The notes under the pieces: generated by a model
Seen by the model: the letters and a program-made list of their open reading frames with translations, nothing else
The model's database searches: none
Told to the model about the DNA's origin: nothing
Position numbers and translations under genes: made by a program
NCBI GenBank assembly: GCA_003427395.1
Contig: BFEA01000024.1
Coordinates: 4,788,502 to 4,852,501, forward strand
Source: Chara braunii
Lineage: Eukaryota > Plantae > Charophyceae
Length of the DNA stretch: 64,000 bases
Direction: 5' to 3'
Part shown: positions 48,441-60,400 of the stretch, in pieces
How positions within the stretch are numbered: the stretch's first letter is position 1
Layout: the number at the start of each line of letters is the position of its first letter

Positions 48441-51400
48441 TGGATTCCCATTCCCGAAGCTAACCATATATATGATATTTAGATATGACATATTTTTGTT
48501 TCTCAGCTTAAATCCGAATGTATGAATTTTGTCAGACCTTTTAGAAGAAAATGCTGCTTAAGGTGACACTGAGAGTAACTACAGGTCAATATCTTGAGTA
48601 TTTGGCAAGACAAGGATACGGACTTTTAAAATAATGGTTTCTCTCTGAATGGTTCGTTCAGACTACGTCTGAACAACACCAATAAGTTGATACATTTAGA
48701 AGACTTGTTAGGGGTTATTCCTGACTCACTTGAGTTCTACTCAGGTGCAACACAGGTATCGACCGAATGAATTTCGTTTTGGATTTAGTCGTAGGGCTTC
48801 TGATAACAGTCAGAGAGACAAAAACATTTTTGAGTGGCCGCCAGTGGGATGATGCTAGGACCATTCAAAAAAGATCCTCGTGTAAGTTTCAGGGGAAAAA
48901 AGTATAGCTCACGATTCAAGTTTCGATGGTATTGAAAAGTAAGGTTTTGCTGGATTGATGAAGAGTGTCGGCTTAGTTCCGGACGATTGCTTGAATTGTT
49001 ATGTATTGTGGTTGTTGCTTTTACATGGCAATTTCATTAGAATCCTGATTTTTATTTTTGATGATCAATAACGTGGAAGTCATTCAATGGGGTCCGGGAA
49101 TGCTATTCGAGCAGAAACCTTACAAAGGTATCTGCTCGGGTTTTTCAATGTCACAAGTTGTTCGACCTTTTCGTTAAATTGAGGGACTTGATGAGACTGA
49201 CGTCTGCCAGAAGTTTATTCGGACTAGCCTATAGCTTTTTTTGAACATTAGTCCGGACACATGTGGCGTCCGGAAATAATAGCGGTAGTCGACAGTTTTT
49301 GCCAAGGCCGCAGGGGCACGCGGACATGGAAATGGTAAAACTAAACCTATCCTGCTTAAAATCATGACGTGTGGCTGTTAAGTTGCGCGATTCAGGACTA
49401 GAAAAACAAAAAATTAGTCGCACTGTCGAGCACATCGGTCCAGCACCGCACAAGCTGAGCGGGACCCTCCCAGTTGCGTGACGCAGCAGTTGGTCTGATC
49501 CTCGTCTTAATGCACATGGAGCTTCCGCAAGCCGCTTCGCCAAGTGTGTTAGTCACACCGGTAGCGAGCCCCTACGACAGGATAGGGCCTACGTGAGGCA
49601 CGACATAGCTCCACTTTACGAGAGTTGTCATCTCCCTTCGGTGGGCGTATCCCCGTTGAGCTACCAGTCCACAGTACGAAAGTTAATCAGCTGCAATCGA
49701 AGAGGTGGACCAGTCGAGGGCGTTTCTCGTTCGCTATAGCATAGGCGGTACACGCGGTCTTACACCTCTATCAGACCCGCACGCAAACCGACGCCTTGGG
49801 GGGGCTGAGGTCCCAAGCGCGAATCGTCGTCGGTCGACTAGGACATATCCCACACACCACATGTACACCAATATAAAGACATAAATCTTAAAACACGCAC
49901 CTACACATATATATACAGAACAACACGGTGTTAGGCGGCCACAAGGGATGGGCCGCCTGAAATCCGCGGCTTTAGGACTTAGGCATAAAAACAAGTCCGT
50001 GTTTTGACAGTACTCTGGTATGACCACGCAGCAAAAATTAGGGGACCTCAGGGCACCCCTGATTTTGGGCGCACTGAACCTTACGAGTAACCCTCAAAGA
50101 TGGCGGAATGGGTAGCCGCTCTCGGCATATCTAGGGGCCGTCATTTCAGCCCGTTCCGAGGCTAGGCCTGGAATGGGCGGCCGCAAGAGGGCATCGCGGG
50201 GACCAACCCCGCCGCGACGTTTTTTGCAGCATATGATCGGGGTCAAAATTGCGCCTCGAATTTTTGCCATTTTTGGTACCTAAATTAAAGATGGGAGAAA
50301 AGATTGAGAACAGTAGGAGGGACGAGAAAAACGTAATATTCCTTAATTTCCTTATTTTTTCGCAGCATTTAAATAGTGGGAAAAATACCCCGTTATTTTA
50401 TGTTTTCCGGCAATGGAATCGAAAACAAAGAAAAAAATTAAAAATGATAAAGGACAAATGAAACAAAGAATTTCAACAATTTAATTAAGACCCTCTCGAA
50501 ATTTATTTTTGATAAGTTTACGGTTATTTTACTGTTTCGAGTAATACAATGAAGGAAAGGGGGGAATGATTAAGAATGAAGGAACGAACAGGGACTATTG
50601 ATTATTCGATGCCTGGCCTGATTTTTCTTGGATTAACCGTCGTCAGCTCAGAACCCTGATTTGATCAAATTCTCTGGACTTAAGCCTTTTTTTACTATCC
50701 CCTGAGGATCGAGGTTTTCCGTGTCGCCTTCTCGACTCATCTGATTACTAACCTCACTGAGTCAGTCCGTAGTCGCCTGGATGGCGTGGGATGGTGCTAC
50801 CATGGACCGACAGTATGGTATTTGGCTCGGTACGGATACGTGGTTCGGTATTGTTACGGCGTGGTTGCACCCTACGGTATGCGACGGGCTGCTGGTTCGA
50901 TATGAGTTCGAGGTCGGTTGTTTCGGGCGTTCAGGTCTACAGCCACTGCAGCGGTATATTTTTTTCAGGTTCGAAACCGTTGCGGTGATCTATTTTCGGG
51001 TCCGAGGCCTGTACGGTATATTATTCCAGCCTGGGAACCGCTGGGACAATTTATTTCAGGTTCGGTTTGGGATCGGCAACGACACGGTGTGAGCCACGGC
51101 AACCCGAGCGACTATAGGAGGTTCGTCGTGTGTATTTTCTAGGCTCGGTGGAATCCGAACTGGCTTGAGGCTGGTATGGAGTGGCAAAGTTGGCCAGAGA
51201 ACAGGGCGACACATTCTTGACATTGGTACTGCAATAGTCTGATGGGATCCGCGGCGTACTGATTCGGCTCGACTGCGGCACTTGATCAGCATTCGGCTCT
51301 CTAATTGGGGAGCTAGGTACGATCCGAGATGACCCATGCGATGGTTTGAGCGCAGTATTCTGTGGCGGGCCCTAATTCACGGATTTGACCATTGTTACGG

Positions 51401-51541
51401 GTCTGGTACGGCAAGCGGTGAAATGGCTATGCTGGGTCACCGGTCTCGCAGTGAGTCTGGGGTATCTTGGTCCCCCTGCTGGGGTTGATTGCTCAGGCCA
51501 TCTGCGGATCTGATGCTATGCCTACTGCGTCCCTGAGTGAG

Positions 51542-51579
51542 CTGTCTCTTATACACATCTAGATGTGTATAAGAGACAG
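51542..51579. other. Nextera mate-pair junction adapter (assembly contaminant)
   Basis: Exact CTGTCTCTTATACACATCT + AGATGTGTATAAGAGACAG, flanked by a perfect 66-bp duplication. Confidence 0.99.
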
Positions 51580-54500
51580 CTGCTGGGGTTGATTGCTCAG
51601 GCCATCTGCGGATCTGATGCTATGCCTACTGCGTCCCTGAGTGAGAACCCCGAAGCATGGGCATTTCGGCACTGGTGCGGACCAAATTTTTGCCTTATCA
51701 ACCCGTGTTCCTGCAATCGCAGACCCGAGCGTGTAGTCTGAGGCAGCAAAAAGCCGGTGTACCTGGGTCACATCGTAGGGAGATACAGGCGGGGACAGTG
51801 GTCCGAATACACGGTGGGCTCAACTCGCCAAACGGTTAAAGGAAGCGGGGCGGGAGCCACGAATCGAGACGAGAAGGAAGTACTGGGTCGGGGAACGGAG
51901 GATATAGGAGTGGGACCAGGCATTTCGGGGATCGCATGCCAGGTGTACCCAGCGATCCCCTGACTCGAGCTGCAGTGAGCCGGGAGGAGTACGGCGCGAG
52001 GTAATACCAGGAGAGGCAAGGCGGGCGAGCAAGGCGAAAACGCAGCAGACATTGGCGAAAGTTAGTTGGGGGGAGGAGCGTACAAGGCATGCTCGCTACA
52101 CGAGAGCTGTGGTTTAGGGGTGAAGTACATGACGAATATACTTACACAAGAGGAGCCGATGTGCACTGCTCTGACGTGCTGATCAGGTTACGAGGCTACT
52201 TGACTGTTTACGGAGGCTTCCGTAAGCGTGCCAGGTGTACCTGAAATCGCACTGAAAGTGAGCTGGAGCACGCCCGTTCAGAAGGCGAACAGCGGGAGAA
52301 TCGTGCTCGCCAGAGAAACAGATGATTGAGCAGTAGCCAAGATAAATCGAGAGAGAAAGGAGTCTGGCGAGTACAGCGCTCGGCTGACAGACTCGGACCG
52401 CCGGTCCCTCCTGGCAACGGAGACTGCATCCCAGGAGCGTAGTGTGGACATCGTCGGAGGACCGTTCATAGCGTTGTGGCTCAGCACAGCCTGTTTCAGA
52501 AGGAGGCGATCAGAGAAGGGCAGTGGGTAATGGAGGATGGCGGAGTGTTAGGCGTTCGCCGCGCATAGTGAATAGCACTCTCTCGTGTGCGACACGTGCA
52601 GCGAACGTGTGTCAAGAATGAGCTGGTTGGGATATTCGAACTATATGAGTGGACTGGAACATGCCGCTACTGTCAACAGGGAGATTGTGAGTGAAGTGCC
52701 CGTGTGGTAGACAATCAACCATTCCCTCTACTCGAGATGATTGGCGAACCGAGTCTTCCCACAACGGTGAAATCAGTTATTTCGCTATCCTGATTGAGTA
52801 ATCGGGAATAGCCGCAGGAGGACGAACCAATTAAGTTTTCACAGGTCGGTCAATTGGGCAAGTTCTGCTAGTCAGCCAATCTCGCTGTTCGGGCAACTGA
52901 GCTTTCTCGCCGCTGGCCGGACCAATCATCTTTTTGTGACAAGTGAATGATCAAACCTCCCGTTGGGAGCGAGCCAGAGGAATCACTTTCATTGTTTTGT
53001 CAAACGGGCGAGTTACTTTGATTGGCCAAACAAAGTTGTTATTGATCAGAAAACCATCCATTTTCATATCACGCCGTCGGTTGGGCTTCTTATACTTCAC
53101 TGCTAGGATCGGTTATTCGCTCTTATGGGTGCGACAACTGCTATCGCGGCACTACTGAGACAGAGAAAGAGGTAAGAGTTAAGGACTTGGGCTGCAGCGC
53201 AGGTCTGGTTGGTCCTTTCCAGGTTCCTGGATGTAACTTACCCAGACAAGGGGAGCGGGGCCGACACGTATGGGTAAACCACTTAATTATTTTAGATTTA
53301 TTTTATTGTAATCTCAACCGCGAACAACTGTATAGTGAGGATGAAGGGTTGGACTTGGGTTTGGATGGAGAAGTAGAGGGAGGGTGAGAATGAGAGCTCA
53401 GACTGAAGGAAACGGAGAGGAAGAAAGAGAGAGGGATTACCTTGCAAGTGCGCGGTAGGAGGGCGCTGATGCGGGGTTTCCCTAGTCGACTTGATTACTC
53501 ACCTTTGGTTGTATGCAGGATACTCAAAGCTCGGCAATTATCTTGTCGAATAAGAAATGGGTCTTTTGGGTCTGTTGCTGGGAAAATTTTGGGTTTGAGC
53601 ATCAGCAGAACACCCTGTTGTTCTCGAGAGCCATGTCCATTCAAGGAACCGCTCGTCGTTTTGCTGCAAACAATGTCGTTCCTGCCTTCTGTTCGCCTAG
53701 TTTATTTGAAACCCCTTTTGTCCTTTTGCTAAGAACTGTGGCGTGGAAGGACTGAACAACGATCCAGTCGAGGTTCATCAGAGAGAGAAAGTCAGAAAAG
53801 AGGGCGAGAGAAAGAGAAAGAGGAAAATAGGGAGTTAGAGAGAGAGGACAGAGGGAAGTGAATACAAGCCAGGCTAGTGACGCACAGTGTGAGAAAGAGA
53901 GAGAGAGTGAGGGAGGAAAAAAAAGAAAGAGCTCGTATCGGGAAAAGGAGGAAGAGAAGGGGGTTGTCGTCGAAAGTGCCGCACTGAAGGTCCTGGAGTG
54001 GTTCCGCAGAACAGATCAGAGAGCTACGAGAGAGTTACGATAGGGGTACCGCAACCCGGGTTACCTGATAGACCCACGGCTACAGTGAAGGGGAACTGAT
54101 GAAATTGCCCCTGAATTACCCTATTGATTGATTGCCTAACATTTTGCTCTTGCTATCAAACTCGTGTGTGAGGGATAAAGTGCCTTAGGACAGTTTGAGC
54201 TGGTGATTTGAGTTTGTGAAAGAAAAGGAAAGATACTCTGACCTAGTGACGGTGTAAAGACCTCCCGTGAGTAGGAAGTTTGACAGGCGGGACAAGCACA
54301 CATACCCTGCTGGTCGCTGAGGACCTCTGAAGCGAGCGAGGCGAGGTGACAGGCGTCATGGCCCCTGGCTTCAGCGAACAGTAGGTAGCCCCTCCGCGGG
54401 TTTCCCCCACAACTTTGGCGCCGTTGCTGGGGAGGGGATTGCACCCCCAAGGCCGCGGCCTTCCCCAATCAACGGGGTGCGCGGGCTGATCAGAGCAAGC

Positions 54501-56238
54501 ACTAATTAGCTCGTTACTTTGATTAGTTTGTTTATTGATATTTTTTTGAATTAGTTTTTTTTTCGATATCTCCCGATCCGTGCGCTTTTAGGCGAGCCGC
54601 GCGGGGAGCAAAGTTCGTCCTCTCGTCGAGGCGAACGTTTTGACACGTTTCCCGAAAAATTCTAACGGTAAAATTTTGAAGAAAACAAATTTTCTTAATT
54701 TTTTTTTTATTAATTGGAAATTTTTCAGTTTTCTTTTTTTTAATTTTCCCGTGATTTTGATACCCTGGACGGGACGAACGGAGTTAGTTAGAGGTAAAAG
54801 CAACCAGTAACAGCGAAGAAAATAAACGAAAATAAAAAAGAATATTTATTTTCTTCAGAATTTTGTGTAAAATAGAAAAAAGGGGAGGTAAGAGAAAGTA
54901 ATCCGTCGAAATTTTTGCAAACATCGAGGGGAGTTAATGGAGAGATTTTGGAAAAATGCGTGTGCTGGAAGAGAGCGTGCGGTTGCGCGCTAAGCTCCAA
55001 AACCCTAGTTAGTTAAGCCGTAATTAGGGGAAACTTTAGTTAGGGAAAAAATTATCTAGGGTTAACTGAAAGAAAATACTTAAAATATCGAAAATGAATT
55101 AATTAAAGTTTGTTATATTTTGGTAAAAATTCGCCCATTGTTTCTTTTGAACCGTTGCACTAGGGGCGACAGTCCCTAACCCCATCCCAACGGAGGGAGG
55201 GTGAATGCTGTAGAAATTTTCTGGAATTTTGTGTTTTTTAAGAATTAATTACCAAATAATTAAAGAAATACTTAAAAATCAATTAAAAATTCAAAACACT
55301 GTTTCGAAAATTATATCTTTTTTATATACCCCTTCGGCGACGTTTTTGAGACCTTCGGCCGAGCCCCATCCCAACGGGGGAAAACGAAGTGTTGCCGAAA
55401 TTTTCGAAAATCCGTAAAAATTTGTCGGGGTCTTCATAAATCAGGAAATTTTGCATAAAGACACATATAAGGAATATATATATAAGTAAAATAGGAAAGG
55501 AATTTTATCTTGCACGAGTGAATTTTCTGTAAATTAAAAACAGTAAATATAGAAAAATTTCCTAGATAGCAAACCAAAAGGAGAATCGGAGCAGTGAAGA
55601 AACGAGGTTGATCACCTTACCCCTCTTAGGGGTTGAGTCGAGCGAAATGAATTTTCTTTAATTAAATCTATTTATTCGCTATTTATATACTATAAATTAA
55701 AAATAAATAGCTAGGGTGTGTCAAATTGAGAGGTGCGACTGCCGCGCTACTCCCTAAGGGTCACCTAGCCTACCCCTAGTCAGTACTGTAGAGCTAGCCG
55801 ATTTCCTCTACCTAAAAGAGATTTTTTATTAAATTTAACCTATTAAAATTCCTTAAAAATATAAATATGGCTTATCAAATAGCCAAAGAGTGCGGGAGAA
55901 CCTTTTAGTCCTTTTCTTAGCCAGGGAGGGGCTTCTTACTCCAAAGAGGTGACTGGAGCGGCCGCAGGCAGCGTTCCCTCGAACAGAGCACACGCTTTGT
56001 ATTCGAGGGAACTTGATTATAGGGCCTGTTTGCTTTGTTTAGGGTCAGGATTCCGCCCTTTGATACCTTAAAGGACTCTTGGGGTAGATTGGAGATAGAT
56101 CGACAGCGTATTATCGGGGCTCCCAACGAAGGGAGGCGAAGCGCTGCTAAAATTTTCTAGGAATCGCCAGTCTGTTTCTACTATCCTTCACTTTCTCTAC
56201 CCATTTCTCTTACTACGTCCTCTCTAGCCATCAGTTGG

Positions 56239-57062
56239 ATGTGGCCGCTAGCGCAAGTAGAGGTCTACGAGGCCAGTAGCGCTTGGGACGTGGAGCCCCC
56301 AGAGCTCATAGAGGGGGATCTGGTGGAGCTCACGATTCCCACGCGCAGTGCCCGATATACTGACGGCCAGTTTGCGTGGAGGTCCATTGTCTTGTCTGCG
56401 GACGTGTGGCTCTGGACGCACAGAGAGCACCGGCTTGACAAGGGGTGGGCGTAGTGATAGCCTACCTGTACTTAGGACCGGACGCGGTCAAGGAGGCCGC
56501 GCTGAGCCTCGCGACGATAGAGACCAGTGACGCGGTTAGCAGGGCTTTATGCTACCTGAGGGACGAGGTCGCCGCCTTCCGACCGAAGGACTCGAGCGAC
56601 CTGCTGACGCTATTTCAAGGACGCCCTCCTCTTGATATCACAAGTGAGCTTGTGATAGCGCGAGACCGGTTTTTCCCGTACAACGTTTTGAGTCTGCGGG
56701 CGATAGTCCCTGCGTTCGTTGTAGAGAGCATCTTTGGAGGTATAGGCAGAGTGGTCGAGGCATACTTAGCCTATCAGGATCTCAAGGTCCTTGCTAGAGG
56801 GCGCGGTGACCTCGACTACCTCTATTATTCGCTTGCGACCGGTGGGCCTCGTTGGGGGGACGAGAGAGTTCAACTTATAGAGCTGATCCTTTCGATAGAC
56901 GACGAGTGGCCCCAGTCTCCGTGCGTTTGGGATTGGCTGGACCGTGAGCTCCGAGCAGGCCCCGAGTACGTGACCTGCATCGGGAGACTCTTCTCTGGTA
57001 TGCCATTCTGTTGGTGGGGCTCTACTGCCGCTCTAGTATTTTCAGTGCCCCTTCCTCTTTAG
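56239..57062 (+). CDS. Hypothetical protein, probably one frameshifted ORF
   Basis: Overlapping ORFs 56239-56454 and 56445-57062 form a GC-rich island after AT-rich DNA; no family recognised. Confidence 0.3.
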
Positions 57063-57159
57063 GGAAGGTAACTTCTCCCACACTACTTTTGAGAAAAAAA
57101 ATGTGTTATTCCTTCCCGTATGATTCCATAGTAATTTTATTGTCGCTTTCTTGATTCAA

Positions 57160-57475
57160 CATGTGTACAACCAATACAAACTATAATACTAAGAACGCGG
57201 CTGAAGATATAACCAAGGCTCTTCCCACCAGCGAAAGATGTCTTCTATTATTCCACGAGGCTAAGTCTGCACATCAACTTTTGTTCCAACAAGTCTTGAA
57301 AGTCTGCATTCGCACAGAGTGACACTTGGACACCAAGAAAACGGTCAGAAGCCACAGGTACAGACTTCAAACCCAAGTTAACCTGCAACCTGTGGTTACT
57401 TGGGAGAAAATAAACTGATTTATTCCAGTTAATAGCGGCCTCAACAGTTCATAGTACGTGTTCATCGTTTTCCTA
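57160..57475 (-). pseudogene. Fragment of a second LINE (RT C-terminal/thumb region)
   Basis: Translates 'AINWNKSVYFLP..SDRFLGVQVS..HLSLVGRALVI', paralogous to about 59650-59920. Confidence 0.85.
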
Positions 57476-57499
57476 CAAATCACAGGGTAGGGCGGGGGA

Positions 57500-60400
57500 T
57501 TTTTTTTTTTTTTTACTTGTAACATTTATTTCACAAATCATAGGAATGAGGCTAGGGACCTCACAATTCGATCCAAAGTTATATTGGCAGTGTTAGTCAG
57601 TTTAGCTTACGAGCATAGCTCAGAAGAAAACTGACTACTTTAACTATGAAGCACAACTGGAAACCGGGTTCAGTACCTCATTCATGAAACCTTACTCTCC
57701 AAAAGTTAATCTTGAAGCTCTGTAAGAAGGAGCGAGTATACCACACAAAGGTAGGTCTCTCTACTTCCGCCATAATAAATTCTTCCAAATGAAACCATGA
57801 AGCTTAGAAATAGGGCAAAATCCTAATGCTAACGCAAACTAGACTTCCTGAAGAGTGTCATTGGCAAAGAAGATCAAGTCTTCACCATGCAAGGCATCTC
57901 TCTCAACATGTTTCTCGGGCTGTGTTGTCAAGCATCAACACTGAAAATGCCTAACCTAGCAGTCTAGGTGGTTGGTATAGCCACGAAGCCAACTTCAAGT
58001 TACCGGATAAAGACAGAGGGGCAAAACTTTCATCCTTAACTCATGTTTTGATGAACCAGATCATGTTTTTCGCCTGCCATTCAGAGTGGATCACGAAGTG
58101 GATCTCATATAGAATGCGGTTAATCAGATGTGGACAACCGTGTCGTTCTGATTCTAAGAGTAGCTCATTGCGCTTGTACCATATGAATTTCATGATGATA
58201 CCTCGGCATGTAAGACCAAGATAATATACGGACCAAATGATATAGACCCTTTGATTGCAGTATTGTTGTACAACACAAAATCCTCTAACCATTCTAAGGG
58301 CATAAACCCTATCGCCCTCCATCGTTCGCCCTCCACCTTTCCGTCTACAATTCCCGGATAGAAGATGAGATAGGGCAGTACAACCACAAATGTGGCGTCG
58401 TCTCCCATGCCCACTCACAACATACACAGTTATCTGGGATTTTCATACGTCTTGATATTAACCATGTTCAAGTTGCTAACATTGTTACTTGTAATGACTG
58501 CAGCCAGAGTATACCAACATGTTTTCTAAGAAGTCATCTTCTTTGAGGTCTTCCATATTCTGAGTAAATCTGCATGTTTCACTGTTGAGACACGCAAATC
58601 AGAAAGCCTCTTCTTAACAGTAAAGATCGTTCATTTTTTTTTCCTTGCCTTAACAATCTGGACCCCTGTCTTAGGCTTGTGCCCAATCAAGGGTATGACC
58701 GAACTATGAGAGGATGGGACTTTCCATCCCAACAAGTTTAACAACAGAGGTTCAATTTTGAGATTCTCCACCTCATAAGGAAGGAGTACACAAACAAGCT
58801 TGTTTCGAGGTCGTGTTTCCACCATTCTTACTTTTTGCCACTCGTTGGTGAGAGGTAGTACCATTTTCTCCAGCGGTTTTAGACAAGTATCCTTTCCTGG
58901 CTATGCTTGAACCTTCCACCGCTGAGCCTTAGGTCTGGGCCCATGACCTTCCAACAAATCAACTTATTGGTTGGGTTCTGCAGCCAAGTGCCCTGTGAGA
59001 CTATTTCCTCAACTTGTAAAACTGTGATATAGTGGCAGAGAATTGCCTCTTTTATTTTCTGGAAGTTTGTTTGGACATTATGAAGTCTGGGAAGCAGGCC
59101 CCTCAGGTGTTCTCGTATAAACCATTCATTAACCTGATAATCCCACATGTCTCTAAGTTGAATTACGCATTTCCCCACCCAAGCGCTACCGAAGGTGTCT
59201 GGATTCTCATCTGCCATAATGTAGTGATCGTCTAAGCACTCAATCAAAGGATTTTTTAATATTATTTGATTACCTAGGATCTGGTCGTAGGCTCCTCCAC
59301 CTTTTGGGGCTTCAACTTGTTCCATGCGTAAAAAAAGTTCCTCGATGTTTTCGATTTAAGCTGCCTGTGGTTGTATGAATCAATCAACAAACATTATCAG
59401 AAATGTTCTGGTTGAGACATGGACCATTCCTCTATTAATATATATTACGCCATTATGGCCAAATTTTGTTGATGAGGGTCTAAGATCCTCAAACCCCCTT
59501 GGTCCCTTGGAAAGGCAATGGTTTCCTACGCGACTTTTACCAACAAAACATTGTTGATCAGACGCTGAGGGTTTTCATAAGTACCTCCCAACAACCTCCT
59601 CTATTCTAAAGTAGGCTTCGTCTCCCAACAAGTGGACCATTAATGGTAACCAAAACACTAATAAGGCAGCAGATGTGAGAACCAAAGTTCTCCCAAACAC
59701 AGAGAGTTTGAAGTTCCTAGCCCAGCTCCTGATGCGTGCAATAACCTTCTCCATAAGGACGACATCTTAAGTACTAGAACAATCCGAGAAAGACACTTGA
59801 ACTCCGAGGAACCGATCCGAACTGTTGGTGGGGATCTGACGCAGGCCCCGATCCAGACACAACTTATGAGGCATTGGAAGGAAAAACACAATTTTATTAT
59901 AATTAATTGACGAATTTGACGCCTCCAACAACTTACAATACTCCTCTAAGACATTCATAAGTTCTGAAAATGACTCTACAGTGTTTTTACAGGGGACCGT
60001 AAAATCGTCCGCCAAGGCACCCTTTTCCAATGCAGGTTAGGGGGTATGCTTAGACCAACTATCATATCATTCATTTTAATGTTGTGAAGTCAGACTTTTA
60101 ATTGTAACACAAACAAGAGGAGGCTAGTGGACAACCTTACTACAAGGATCTCGTGAGGGGAAATTGCTCAAATAAACTCTCATTTGCTACCACCACTGAG
60201 ATGGCCTCTGAACACATGGCCCAAACCCAGGCATACAACCCTTTCCCAAAACTCATCTAGGATAAGGTGGTGAACATAAATGCCCAACCCACCTCGTCGT
60301 ATGTCTTTTCCATGTCTAGCAACAACATGGCCACATCTCTTCTTTCGAAGCTTACAATTTTCAAGGCATGGATAGTCGATTGGATGTTGTCAAAAATAGA

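Larger units (their letters stand above)
43000..49160 (+). mobile_element. Gag-only (non-autonomous) retroelement of family X
   Basis: TATA-like box at about 43302, long leader shared with 9400-11310, gag remnant with CCHC knuckle, 131-bp repeats and terminal hairpin at 49108-49138. No pol. Boundaries uncertain. Confidence 0.55.

Noticed and set aside
51542-51579. Tn5 mosaic-end palindrome as a real transposon
   Set aside because: It is the exact Nextera mate-pair junction adapter.
50780-52900. GC-richer coding-like stretch
   Set aside because: No sustained frame or recognisable motif, so no call can be supported.
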